DNA of 64,000 bases from Nitrospirota bacterium (GCA_963721805.1 CAVRJY010000002.1:160001-224000); one strand, 5' to 3'. Shown: positions 1 through 12,397, numbered from the stretch's first letter. Numbers and translations: made by a program. The notes: generated by a model not told the origin, from the letters alone.

Positions 1-179
1 CCATGGACGAGGCGTTCCTCATCTCGGGCAACGAGATCCGCGTGGGCGTAAGCGTGGGTATCAGCATCTGCCCGGATGACGGCACCACCGCCGACGAGCT
101 GATGAAGAAATCGGACATCGCGATGTACAAGACAAAGCTCGAAGACGGCGAGGTCTGCAGCTTCTACTCCGAGGGCTGA
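1..179 (+). CDS. C-terminal fragment of a GGDEF-domain (diguanylate cyclase family) protein, truncated by the window edge
   Basis: Frame from base 3 reads ...IRVGVSVGISICPDDGTTADELMKKSDIAMYKTK...*, the typical SxGxxxxP...ADxAMYxAK tail of GGDEF domains; TGA at 177-179. Confidence 0.8.
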   Translation, partial: MDEAFLISGNEIRVGVSVGISICPDDGTTADELMKKSDIAMYKTKLEDGEVCSFYSEG

Positions 180-182
180 ACG

Positions 183-216
183 AAAAAGGGGACGGGCAGT
201 CTCCTGTCCGTCCCCT
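183..216 (-). terminator. Intrinsic terminator between convergent genes
   Basis: Hairpin AGGGGACGGGCAG-TCTC-CTGTCCGTCCCCT preceded by an A-run (U-tail on the minus strand), downstream of pgk. Confidence 0.75.
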
Positions 217-279
217 CTAAATGATCCGATCCTTATTCCGCAGCAAATTCCAGCGCAGCGTAAATTTGCTGCGAGCCCC

Positions 280-1482
280 TTATTCCCTGTCCGTGAGTGC
301 CGAGATGCCGGGCAGGTCGCGGCCTTCCAGCAGCTGCAGCGATGCGCCCCCGCCGGTCGATATGAACGAGATCGAGTCCGAGACCCCGGCGCGGTGCACC
401 GCCAGGTCCGTGTCCCCGCCGCCCACAATCGTAAGCGCGAATGCGTCGGCCACCGAGTGCGCCACAGCGAACGTCCCGCGCGAGAACGCGTCTACCTCGA
501 ACAGCCCCATAGGGCCGTTCCAGAGCACGGTCTTCGCGTTTGCCAGCGCGGCGCTAAACAGCCTGACCGACGCGGGCCCGATGTCCAGCGCGCGCCAGCC
601 GCGCGGGATCTCCTGCGTCGGGACTATCTTCGTCTCGGCCCCCGGGTCGGTGCTCTGCGCGATGACGACGTCCACCGGCAGGTAGAACTTCACGTTGTTC
701 TTCCTGAGCTTGTCCCTGATCTTCTCGGCCAGCCCGAGCATGTCCGGCTCGACTATCGAGTCGCCTACCTCGTAGCCCATGGCCTTTATAAACGTAAACG
801 CCATCCCGCCGCCGACGATGACCTTGTCGACCTTGTCCGAGAGGTTCTCTAGCACGCCGATCTTCCCCGAGACCTTAGCCCCGCCCAGGATCGCGACGAA
901 CGGGCGCACCGGGTTGCTCACCACGCCCTTGAGGTACTCGATCTCCTTTTTCATAAGGAAGCCGACGCCGGCCGGGATGTACTTTGCGATGCCGACTATC
1001 GAGGCGTGCGCGCGGTGCGATGCGCCGAAGGCGTCGTCTAGGTAGAGGTCAGCGTTTGCGGCCAGGGCCTTGGCGAACTCATCGTCGTTGGCCTCCTCGC
1101 CCGGATGGAAGCGGAGGTTCTCGAGCACGAGGACGTCGCCGTTTTTCATCTTGTCGACCGCGGCCGTCACCTCAGGCCCGATGCAGTCCGGGACGAAGTT
1201 GACCTCCTTGTTCAGGAGCCTCTGGAGGCGCTTGGCCACGAGGCCGAGGCTGGATTTGGGGTCCGGCTTGCCCTTCGGCCTGCCGAGGTGCGAGGCCACG
1301 ATGACCCGCGCCCCCTCGTCGATGCAGTAGTTGATCGTCGGCAGGGCCGAGCGTATGCGGTGGTCGTCCGTGATCATCAGGTTTTCGTCCACCGGCACGT
1401 TGAAGTCCACGCGGATGAAGACGCGCTTGCCCTTAAGCTGCATGTCCTCGATGGTCAGTTTCTTGAAAATCGAGCTGCTCAT
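280..1482 (-). CDS. pgk: Phosphoglycerate kinase
   Basis: RVDFNVP, SHLGRP, LENLRF, GGAKV, WNGPMG, GGGDT and STGGGASL motifs. Confidence 0.98.
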   Translation of the reverse strand: MSSSIFKKLTIEDMQLKGKRVFIRVDFNVPVDENLMITDDHRIRSALPTINYCIDEGARVIVASHLGRPKGKPDPKSSLGLVAKRLQRLLNKEVNFVPDCIGPEVTAAVDKMKNGDVLVLENLRFHPGEEANDDEFAKALAANADLYLDDAFGASHRAHASIVGIAKYIPAGVGFLMKKEIEYLKGVVSNPVRPFVAILGGAKVSGKIGVLENLSDKVDKVIVGGGMAFTFIKAMGYEVGDSIVEPDMLGLAEKIRDKLRKNNVKFYLPVDVVIAQSTDPGAETKIVPTQEIPRGWRALDIGPASVRLFSAALANAKTVLWNGPMGLFEVDAFSRGTFAVAHSVADAFALTIVGGGDTDLAVHRAGVSDSISFISTGGGASLQLLEGRDLPGISALTDRE

Positions 1483-1491
1483 CTCGTGCGC

Positions 1492-3758
<2,267 letters not shown>

Positions 3759-3908
3759 TCGGCCTCCGGGCGCAACCCAAACTTTGTTGATATGAACATT
3801 ATGGAAACACTCTCCCTATGTTTGCCGCAAGGTTTTGGCTTAATACGGATATGCCAAGAATACGATAATATTATCACGGACGGATAAGGAAAGCAATTTA
3901 AGGCAAAC

Positions 3909-5039
<1,131 letters not shown>

Positions 5040-5510
5040 CTAACTTGCCAGGCGCTCAAGCGCGATGCGGAGCGCCTCTTCGGGGCCGGGGGCCGCGAGC
5101 ACGCCCTTGATCTCCCACGAGCCGAGCCCTATGACCGGCTTCTCCATCTGGAGGAAAAACGCGATCTCCGAAAGCGTCCCGTACCCGCCGCGCACGGCTA
5201 TCGCCGCGTCCGCGGTGCGGGCGATCACGGCGTTTCGGGCTATCCCGAGGCCGGTGGGGATCGCGATATCAATATTGGGGTTCGCCTCGGAGCGGCGCTC
5301 TCCGGGCAGGATGCCGATAGTCAGGCCGCCCGAGGCGTTGGCGCCGCGTGCGGCGGCCTCCATCACCCCGCCCAGGCCGCCGCATACGAGCACGCAGCCA
5401 GCTTCGGCTAAAAGACGGCCTATGGCCGCGGCCTCGTCTAACGCCCTCTTACCGGCGGTTCGGCTGCCGATGACCGCGATCAGGGGGCCTGATAATAGTG
5501 TCTTCTTCAA
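5040..5510 (-). CDS. TIGR00725 family (LOG-like Rossmann fold) protein
   Basis: IAVIG, CGGLGGVMEAAARGA, IPTGLGIARN, GGYGTLSEIA; start uncertain (TTG at 5510 chosen; the ORF-track extension to 5555 runs into a repeat). Confidence 0.85.
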   Translation of the reverse strand: MKKTLLSGPLIAVIGSRTAGKRALDEAAAIGRLLAEAGCVLVCGGLGGVMEAAARGANASGGLTIGILPGERRSEANPNIDIAIPTGLGIARNAVIARTADAAIAVRGGYGTLSEIAFFLQMEKPVIGLGSWEIKGVLAAPGPEEALRIALERLAS

Positions 5511-5542
5511 GGGAGCATTATATTTTATGTGGGAGCTTTTTT

Positions 5543-5731
5543 CAAAGCGCTCCAAATCGCTTGATACGTCGTTGGGCTTCGAAGACTCGCCCTCGAAGTA
5601 CGTCTCAGTACGTCGTCGGGCGGTCTTCTCGCCCTGCCTTGTCTGAAGACGATTTGGGCGCGCTTTCGGGGGTGGGAAAAAGGAGGGGGCCAGTCGGCCC
5701 CGCCCCCCGGCCCCCCGAGGTCAACGGCATT
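5543..5731 (-). repeat. Palindromic intergenic element family A, copy 1
   Basis: Highly similar to 42477-42652 and the reverse complement of 50658-50833; long imperfect hairpin 5544-5666; ends in GTCAACGGCATT. Confidence 0.9.
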
Positions 5732-5741
5732 GATTGAATAT

Positions 5742-5806
5742 GAGCGGGGAAGGGGCCCCGTGAATAAGTGAGCGAAGCGATTAGAAGAGGTGCCCGTGGC
5801 ACCCCC
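5742..5806 (-). repeat. Short intergenic element family B, copy 1
   Basis: 18-mer GGGGGTGCCACGGGCACC (5789-5806, minus strand) identical to 63707-63724; similar downstream hairpin layout. Confidence 0.55.
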
Positions 5807-5833
5807 CCCGGCCATCGTGAGATGGCCGGGGGG
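5803..5833. terminator. GC-rich hairpin downstream of the repeat lipoprotein gene
   Basis: CCCCCCGGCCATC-GTGA-GATGGCCGGGGGG perfect stem; no clear U-tail. Confidence 0.45.
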
Positions 5834-5846
5834 AAGGGGCTTCAGG

Positions 5847-7250
5847 TTATTTGTAGATGCTCATGAACGTCTGGATGCTCGTGGCGTCGGACTGGTCCCA
5901 TGTGATGAGGGCGGTGCCGTGGTCGCTCATCGCGACCTGTACGTCATGGGTGTCCTGCCCGTCGGGGCTGATGTTGTCCGTAAGGGCGGAGGGGTTGGTC
6001 CATGCCCCACTTCTGTATTCGCTCTTGAAGATCTGCAAGGTCGTGCCGTCACTCTGCGGCCAGGTGATGATCGCGTTTCCGTTGTCGTCCATCGCGACCT
6101 GGGGGATCGTGGTGTTCTGACCTGCTATGCTGATGTGATCCGTAAGCGAGGAGGGGTTCGTCCACGAGCCGCTTCTGTACTCGCTCTTGAATATCTGCGT
6201 GTTCGTGCCGTCGTACTGCTGCCAGGTGATTATCGCGTTTCCGTTGTCGTCCATCGCGACCTCAGGATAAACCGCGTTCTGCCCGTCGGGGCTTATGTAA
6301 TCCGTAATCAGCGGGTTGGCCCATGCGGCGCTTCTGTACTCGCTTTTGTAAATCAGGTAGTTTGAGCCGTTGTATTGTGTCCATGTGATGATCGCGTTTC
6401 CATTGTTGTCCATCGCGACCTCGGGCTGCCCGGCGAGTTGCCCGTCGGGGCTGATGTTATCCGTAAGAGAGGAGGGGTCGGTCCATGCTCCGCTTCTGTA
6501 TTCGCTCTTGAAGATCTGCGTGGCCGAGCCGTCGGACTGCTCCCAGATTATGATCGCGTTTCCGCTTGCGTCCATCGCGACCTTGGCGTAGCTGGCGTCC
6601 TGCCCGTCGGGGCTGATGTTGTCAGCGAGGTTGGCCGGGTTGGTCCATGTGCTGCCGTCGTATGTGCTCCTGTAGACCTGCTGGTTCGAGCCGTCGGGCT
6701 GAAGCCAGGTGATGACCGCGGTCCCGTCGTCGGACATCGCGACCTGCGGGTTGCCGGTATGCGTCCCGTCCGGGCTGATATTATCCGAAATGCTGGCCGG
6801 GAACGTCCACGATCCGCTACGGTACTCGGCCTTGAATACCTGATAGAACGAGCCGTCGTACTGGCTCCATACGATTATCGCGTTGCCGTTGTTGTCCATC
6901 GCGACCATCGGCGAGACGGACGTGTGCCCGTCGATGCTGACGATATCGGCGAGGCTGGCGGGCGTGGTCCATGAGCCGCCCCGGTACTCGGCCTTATATA
7001 TCTGGGTCTCGACTCCATCGTTTTGGTACCATACGACTATCGCGTCTCCGCTGTTGTCCATCGCGACCTGCGGAAAGTGCACGTCCTGCCCGTTGGGGCT
7101 GAGGTTGTCAGTAAGCGATGAGGGATTCGTCCATGCGGCTGATGAGCCGCCGCTGTCGCTGCTGCTGCTGCCCGTGCAGCCGACCGCAAAGGTCAAGAGC
7201 ATCAGAGCCAATACCGCAATTAACGAACGGACAATCCTGATTTTAACCAT
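5847..7250 (-). CDS. Predicted lipoprotein with eight ~54-aa tandem repeats (probable beta-propeller)
   Basis: Signal peptide with lipobox FAVG-C, Ser-rich linker, eight repeats of WTNPxxLxDNISPDG...PQVAMDxxGNAIIxWxQ...IFKSEYR; GGGGAGA RBS before ATG 7250. Confidence 0.85.
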   Translation of the reverse strand: MVKIRIVRSLIAVLALMLLTFAVGCTGSSSSDSGGSSAAWTNPSSLTDNLSPNGQDVHFPQVAMDNSGDAIVVWYQNDGVETQIYKAEYRGGSWTTPASLADIVSIDGHTSVSPMVAMDNNGNAIIVWSQYDGSFYQVFKAEYRSGSWTFPASISDNISPDGTHTGNPQVAMSDDGTAVITWLQPDGSNQQVYRSTYDGSTWTNPANLADNISPDGQDASYAKVAMDASGNAIIIWEQSDGSATQIFKSEYRSGAWTDPSSLTDNISPDGQLAGQPEVAMDNNGNAIITWTQYNGSNYLIYKSEYRSAAWANPLITDYISPDGQNAVYPEVAMDDNGNAIITWQQYDGTNTQIFKSEYRSGSWTNPSSLTDHISIAGQNTTIPQVAMDDNGNAIITWPQSDGTTLQIFKSEYRSGAWTNPSALTDNISPDGQDTHDVQVAMSDHGTALITWDQSDATSIQTFMSIYK

Positions 7251-7381
7251 ATCTCCCCCCGAACGCGCTGGATTTAAACTGCCGCGTATTATGGACAGTC
7301 CCGGAATAAATTGCAAGCACAATATATTAATTCAAATTACCAGCCTTAGACTCCGCCGGGGCGTTGTGATAGAATTTTCAT

Positions 7382-8185
7382 ATGAAGAGATCCCCCGCCG
7401 TGGCAGGCCAGTTCTATCCGGGCAACCCGCAGGCCCTCGCGGCCGACGTCGCCGCGATGTCGGACCCGGAGGCCGTGCGCGCCGATACGATTGGCGCGGT
7501 CTGTCCGCACGCCGGGCTGGTATACTCGGGCGGCGTGGCCGGGGCGGTATACTCGCGGATCAAGGCCCCGCACACGTTCATCATCCTCGGCCCGAACCAC
7601 ACCGGGCGCGGCGCGGACGTCGCGATCATGGCCGAGGGCGCATGGGCTGTGCCGGGCGGCGAGTGCAAGATCGACGCTAAGCTCGCCCGCGCGATCATGG
7701 GGCTCTCCCCGCTCGTCGAGCCGGACGACGAGGCCCACCGCTACGAGCACTCGATAGAGGTCCAGCTCCCGTTCATCCTCCACCATGCCCCCGGCGCCCT
7801 TATCGTGCCGATAACGATCATGTTCGCCACTTTGCAGGACCTCAAGGCCCTCGGCCGCGCCATAGCAGAGACGGTGCGAGGCGCGGGCTATCCGGTCGTG
7901 ATCGTGGCGAGCTCTGACATGAGCCACTTCAACACGGACGCCGAGGCGCGAGTGCAGGATGCGATGGCGATAGAGCACCTGCTTACGCTTGATCCCGGCG
8001 GGCTTTACAGCACCGTGCGCGGGCATAACATATCTATGTGCGGCGTGCTGCCCGCCACAGCGATGCTCGAGGCCGCCAACCACCTAGGCGCGAGCAAGGC
8101 CGAGCTCGTGCGCTATGCGACCTCCGGCGAGACGAGCGGGGACTACGACCGGGTGGTCGGATACGCCGGGGTGTTAGTCACCTAA
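7382..8185 (+). CDS. amrB: AmmeMemoRadiSam system protein B (Memo-like)
   Basis: RSPAVAGQFYP, PHAGLVYSG, GPNHTG, EHSIEVQLPF, ASSDMSH, MCG, VVGYA. Confidence 0.93.
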   Translation: MKRSPAVAGQFYPGNPQALAADVAAMSDPEAVRADTIGAVCPHAGLVYSGGVAGAVYSRIKAPHTFIILGPNHTGRGADVAIMAEGAWAVPGGECKIDAKLARAIMGLSPLVEPDDEAHRYEHSIEVQLPFILHHAPGALIVPITIMFATLQDLKALGRAIAETVRGAGYPVVIVASSDMSHFNTDAEARVQDAMAIEHLLTLDPGGLYSTVRGHNISMCGVLPATAMLEAANHLGASKAELVRYATSGETSGDYDRVVGYAGVLVT

Positions 8186-8186
8186 G

Positions 8187-8783
8187 TTGGACCCGCTGGA
8201 GATCATCCGGGCGCGCTACCGCGAACACCCCAAGGCGCTGTCTGCGCTGCTCGCGCACTCCGAGGCAGTGGCCGAGAAGGCCATCGCGTGCGCCGCGCGC
8301 GTCGCCCACCTCAAGCCGGATCTGGCGTTCATCCGCGAGGCCGCGATGCTCCACGACATCGGGATCATCGAGTGCGACGCCCCGCAGCTTGGCTGTCACG
8401 GGCCGCACCCCTATATCTGCCACGGGTACCTCGGGGCCGAGATGCTGAGGGCCGAGGGTTTACCGCGCCATGCCGTGGTCTGCGAGACGCATGTGGGAGT
8501 GGGGCTGACGGCGGCCGAGATCATCGAGAAGGGCTTCCCGATCCCTGGCCGCGACATGGTCCCCGAGAGCATCGAGGAGGTCATCATCAGCTTCGCGGAC
8601 AAGTTCTTCTCGAAGGATGAGCGGCCGGGCGAGGAGAAGCCGCTCTGGCTCATCCGCGAGCGCATAGACCGCTTCGGCCCAGGCAAGCTCGATGTGTTCG
8701 ATAAGTGGTGCCAACTGTTCGGTGTACGCCTGAGAGAAGGGCCAGTCGGCCCCATTGACAGTGGCCGCGGCGGGCGGATATAA
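8187..8783 (+). CDS. HD/HDIG domain metal-dependent phosphohydrolase
   Basis: HSxxVA, AMLHDIG, YICHGYLG, HVGVG, ADKFFSK; TTG start just after the amrB stop. Confidence 0.85.
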   Translation: MDPLEIIRARYREHPKALSALLAHSEAVAEKAIACAARVAHLKPDLAFIREAAMLHDIGIIECDAPQLGCHGPHPYICHGYLGAEMLRAEGLPRHAVVCETHVGVGLTAAEIIEKGFPIPGRDMVPESIEEVIISFADKFFSKDERPGEEKPLWLIRERIDRFGPGKLDVFDKWCQLFGVRLREGPVGPIDSGRGGRI

Positions 8784-8784
8784 T
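8755..8784 (+). promoter_or_regulatory. Sigma70-type promoter of the leuA leader
   Basis: TTGACA (8755-8760), 18-nt spacer, TATAAT (8779-8784). Confidence 0.8.
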
Positions 8785-8790
8785 TGGATC

Positions 8791-8932
8791 ATGTACGCGC
8801 GCGCGATATCAGAGAGGCGACTTAGCGGAGCCGGGAGGCTCTATCTGCCCGCTATCGCCCGCTGCACCTGAATCGCAGCAGAGATAGCAACGGATAAGGC
8901 CACGGCGCTTAAGCCCGTGGCCTTTTTATTTT
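8791..8932 (+). promoter_or_regulatory. Candidate transcription attenuator upstream of leuA (26-codon leader ORF 8791-8871 plus terminator 8896-8932)
   Basis: Leader MYARAISERRLSGAGRLYLPAIARCT*, mutually exclusive stems, then hairpin AAGGCCACGG...CCGTGGCCTT followed by a T-rich tail. Confidence 0.6.
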
Positions 8933-8959
8933 GATGACCAGATAATCAGGGAGGCATAT

Positions 8960-10473
8960 ATGACAGAGGCAAGACGCATCAGGATATTCGACACCACGCT
9001 CCGTGACGGCGAGCAGTCGCCCGGCTGCTCGATGACCGCGGAGGAAAAGCTGCTGATCGCCAAGCAGCTTAGCCGCATGGGCGTGGACATCATAGAGGCC
9101 GGGTTCGCGATCAGCTCGCAGGGCGACTTCGACTCGATCAAGCGCATAGCCAATGAGGTCGCAGGGGCCGGTGATATGCTCGCTCGCGCGCGCGAAGGAG
9201 ATGGACATCAAGCGCGCGTACGAGGCGATCAAGGACGCGCCCAAGCGGCGCATCCATACGTTTCACTCGACCTCGGACATCCACCTCAAGTATCAGGTCA
9301 AGATAGACCGCGCCGAGGCGCTTAAGCGCTCGGTCGAGATGGTCAAGCTCGCGCGCTCTCTGGTCGAGGACGTCGAGTTCTCGCCGATGGACGCGACGCG
9401 GACGGATACCGGATACCTCTGCGAGGTCGTAGAGGCCGTGATCGCGGCCGGGGCGAGCACCGTGAACATCCCGGACACCGTCGGATACACCCTGCCCGAG
9501 GAGTTCGGGACGCTCATCGCATACGATCAAGGAGCGCATCGGAGACAGCGCGATCATCGCGGTGCACTGCCACAACGACCTCGGGCTCTCGGTCGCTAAC
9601 TCGCTTAGCGCGGTGCTAAACGGCGCGGGGCAGGTCGAGTGCACGATCAACGGGATAGGCGAGCGCGCCGGGAACTGCTCGATGGAGGAGGTCGTGATGG
9701 CGCTGCGCACGCGGCGGGACTTCTATCAGGCCGACACCGGCATCCGCACCGAGGAGATCATCAGATCGAGCCGCCTGCTGACGAAGATCACGGGCATAGA
9801 GGTGCAGCCCAACAAGGCTATAGTCGGGGCCAACGCGTTTAGCCATGAGAGCGGGATACACCAGGACGGCCTTCTCAAGGACAAGTCCACGTACGAGATT
9901 ATCCGGCCAGAAACTATCGGGTTGGTTAGCACTAAATTGGTTTTAGGAAAGCACTCGGGGCGGCACGCGTTTAAGGACAGGCTCACCGAGCTTGGGTATA
10001 CGCTGACGCCCGATGAGATCGAGGCCGCGTTCGTGAAGTTCAAGCACCTCGCGGACCAGAAGAAGGACATCTTTGACGAGGACCTGGAGGCCATAGTCTC
10101 GGACGAGCTTCACCGCCCGAACGAGCTGTACACGCTAAAGAAGCTCGATATCTCTTGCGGCACCGAGCATAAGCCGGTCGCGACCGTTGCGATCACGACG
10201 CCGGAGGGCGAGAAGAAGATCACCTCGGAGGGCGACGGCCCGGTGGACGCGGCGTTTAAGGGCATCGCGGAACTCACGGGCACTAAGAGCAGGCTGCTGA
10301 AGTTCGAGGTCAAGAGCGTCACGGGCGGGATGGACGCGCTGGGCGAGGTGATGGTATCGCTGGAAGAGGACGGAAAGACCGTCCGGGGCGTCGGGGCGGA
10401 TACGGATATAATCGTTGCGTCCGCGAAGGCGTATCTCACCGCGATAAATAAATTAGCTGCGAGGACGTGCTGA
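8960..10473 (+). pseudogene. leuA: 2-isopropylmalate synthase, split by two +1 frameshifts in this sequence (probably assembly errors)
   Basis: [40 protein letters not shown] and GKHSG lie in three consecutive frames; extra bases near 9161 and 9525. Confidence 0.92.
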
Positions 10474-10637
10474 GAAAGCCGCGCTAAATTGGCTGATACT
10501 GCGTCACGGCTGCGGCCCCAATCCTCAACGTACGTCACAGTACGCCTCCGGTTGTGGTCCTCGCCGTTCCTTGTCTGAGCATAATTTATCGCGCTTTGGT
10601 GATGCCAGCGCTCCATGAGCGAGCGGTCAACGGCATT
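10474..10637 (-). repeat. Palindromic intergenic element family A, copy 2 (divergent subtype)
   Basis: Shares GATACTGCGT, GTAC-N6-GTAC, CCTTGTCTGA, CGCGCTTT and GTCAACGGCATT with the other copies; stems are different but still complementary. Confidence 0.8.
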
Positions 10638-10721
10638 AACTGATGTGCGCTCCTGCTAGTTGTGCGTCCGCGCAATAAAATATTGTCGTTTGCAATATAT
10701 ATGAGTTGTGTCCCTAATTAT

Positions 10722-11507
10722 CTACTTAAATAGTCCTTCAATTGCGGGCCCAATCTGACCCCATACAGTTGAAAGATTTGACGCTACGGCCAACATTTGT
10801 AAGGACGTATTGATTAGTCCGTTCTTTCTTGTTTCCTTTGGTGTTTCATATTGCGTCACAAGATATTCAACATGTTCCATTTGCTCCTTTATTTCCGTGT
10901 CACTCATTTTCGATTCTTTAATTGCAGTAAGAAGCTTGTCAAACAGTTCAGCGTCAGCGATGCTTGTTTCCTTCATTTTTTCAATATGTCCGTGAATAGA
11001 TCCATAGACCGTTCCAGTATTAATTGCGCCTACATCCCCACGTACGTTAATTACTGTTCCGCCATGTGACGGGATTTCTAGCTTCAACTCTTCCTGCATA
11101 ATATTTATTTTGTTTGCTATACGCGACGAATATTTCAGCTTATCGCGTTCACAGCTTTTAGCGAAAGCTTGCTTCGCCATCTCAGGGACCATATGGAGGG
11201 AAATTCGAGAATAAGCCGCCTCGATGAATCCATTGGCAATCCTAATAAATTCACCATTTAGTGTTTCATAATAAGCTCCCGATGGTAGTGAGGCCGCTCT
11301 TGATAATGCAGTCTTCTCGGCGGATAATAGTTTATCCAACAATTCATCCAAATACTTTTTTCCAATTTCGATGAGTTGGGATGAGAATGGCCCGCTATGA
11401 TGTCCTCTACTTGCCTCTGAGTCAGCCGCCTGCTCACATTCCTCATTAATTTGTTTGAAGTATTGTTCCACTAGTATCTCAGATTGCATTCTAGTATAAG
11501 CTTGCAT
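10722..11507 (-). CDS. AT-rich hypothetical protein (261 aa)
   Basis: Long open frame in AT-rich DNA; GGAGG RBS before ATG 11507; no family recognised with confidence. Confidence 0.75.
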   Translation of the reverse strand: MQAYTRMQSEILVEQYFKQINEECEQAADSEASRGHHSGPFSSQLIEIGKKYLDELLDKLLSAEKTALSRAASLPSGAYYETLNGEFIRIANGFIEAAYSRISLHMVPEMAKQAFAKSCERDKLKYSSRIANKINIMQEELKLEIPSHGGTVINVRGDVGAINTGTVYGSIHGHIEKMKETSIADAELFDKLLTAIKESKMSDTEIKEQMEHVEYLVTQYETPKETRKNGLINTSLQMLAVASNLSTVWGQIGPAIEGLFK

Positions 11508-11582
11508 GGCAACCTCCAATGTAAGAGAAATAGTACAACAGATACATTCTTTTCTCTGATCGTAAAATAACATATTTGACCG

Positions 11583-11609
11583 CATACCACAACACCCCGG
11601 AACTGGTCA
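11583..11609 (+). repeat. 27-bp direct repeat, left of the TA module
   Basis: CATACCACAACACCCCGGAACTGGTCA; 24/27 identical to 12314-12340. Confidence 0.8.
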
Positions 11610-11632
11610 GCAGAACATCGCACCTCGCCAAC

Positions 11633-11653
11633 TTATAACGTATATGTTATAAT
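11633..11653 (+). promoter_or_regulatory. TA operon operator overlapping an extended -10 box
   Basis: Palindrome TTATAAC-GTATAT-GTTATAA overlapping TGnTATAAT, 5 nt before the toxin ATG. Confidence 0.7.
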
Positions 11654-11658
11654 TAACC

Positions 11659-12015
11659 ATGGACTGGACGGTGGAGTTTTACCGCGACTCCAAAGGCGGT
11701 GAGCCGGTGGCGGAGTTCCTCGATGTGCTTCCGGTTGAGCCGAGGGCCAAGGTGCTTAGGCTCATGGAGTTGCTTGCGCGCTACGGTGTTCTGCTCAAAG
11801 AGCCGCATACGAAGCAGATACGCGGCAAGATACGGGAGCTGCGCGTGACGGACAGCATCGGGGCCGTGCGCGTGCTCTACTTCGGGCATACGGGAAAGCG
11901 GCTTATTCTGCTGCACGGGTTTGTGAAGAAGTCAGACAAGACGCCGCAAAAAGAGATAGACATTGCCGAGCGGAGGATGCGCGATTTCCTCGACCGGCAG
12001 GGAGGTATCAGATGA
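11659..12015 (+). CDS. Type II toxin, RelE/HigB (Gp49-like) family
   Basis: WTVEFY...PVAEFL, EPHTKQIRGKIRELR, ILLHGFVKKSDKTP..EI..A..R. Confidence 0.92.
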   Translation: MDWTVEFYRDSKGGEPVAEFLDVLPVEPRAKVLRLMELLARYGVLLKEPHTKQIRGKIRELRVTDSIGAVRVLYFGHTGKRLILLHGFVKKSDKTPQKEIDIAERRMRDFLDRQGGIR

Positions 12016-12308
12016 AGGGCAGGACGTTAAGCGAGTACATCGGACAGCAGAAGAAAAGCCCCGAGTTTCGGAAGGCGTGGGAAAATCTAGACCCCGAATT
12101 CGAGCTTATGGAGAGCCTGCTTAAGGCGCGTCAGCGCTCCGGGCTTACGCAGGCCGAGCTTGCGGAGAAGATAGGCACCAAGCAGCCCGCCCTTTCGAGG
12201 CTTGAGCGCGGGGGGTTCAGGAAGGCGACGGTCGAGACCCTGCACAAGATAGCGGACGCGCTTGACGTAGAGCTGGTCGTGAAGCTTCAGCCCTCGCGCA
12301 AGCATTAA
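12012..12308 (+). CDS. XRE-family HTH antitoxin (HigA-like)
   Basis: ARQRSGLTQAELAEKIGTKQPALSRLERG; ATGA overlap with the toxin gene. Confidence 0.92.
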   Translation: MKGRTLSEYIGQQKKSPEFRKAWENLDPEFELMESLLKARQRSGLTQAELAEKIGTKQPALSRLERGGFRKATVETLHKIADALDVELVVKLQPSRKH

Positions 12309-12313
12309 CCCCC

Positions 12314-12340
12314 CATAGCATAAAACCCCGGAACTGGTCA
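12314..12340 (+). repeat. 27-bp direct repeat, right of the TA module
   Basis: CATAGCATAAAACCCCGGAACTGGTCA; matches 11583-11609. Confidence 0.8.
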
Positions 12341-12397
12341 ATAGGAACTGGTTCCTAGGAACCAGTTCCCAGGAATCGGTTCCCATGGACGCGTTCC
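12330..12397. repeat. Tandem array of 14-bp palindromic units (consensus GGAACnnGTTCC)
   Basis: GGAACTGGTCAATA GGAACTGGTTCCTA GGAACCAGTTCCCA GGAATCGGTTCCCA plus a degenerate fifth unit; units 2 and 3 form a perfect 26-bp palindrome. Confidence 0.75.

Noticed and set aside
5847..7140. Periodic DNA repeats resembling an array
   Set aside because: Explained by in-frame protein repeats of the lipoprotein
8791..8932. T-box riboswitch upstream of leuA
   Set aside because: No GGTGGNACCGCG T-box consensus and too short for stem I
9155..9530. Programmed ribosomal frameshifting in leuA
   Set aside because: No slippery heptamer; two shifts in one gene plus similar indels elsewhere point to sequence error
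12330..12397. Possible CRISPR array or LexA boxes
   Set aside because: Units are 14 bp with no spacers and no cas genes; GAAC-N2-GTTC spacing does not match the GAAC-N4-GTTC SOS box
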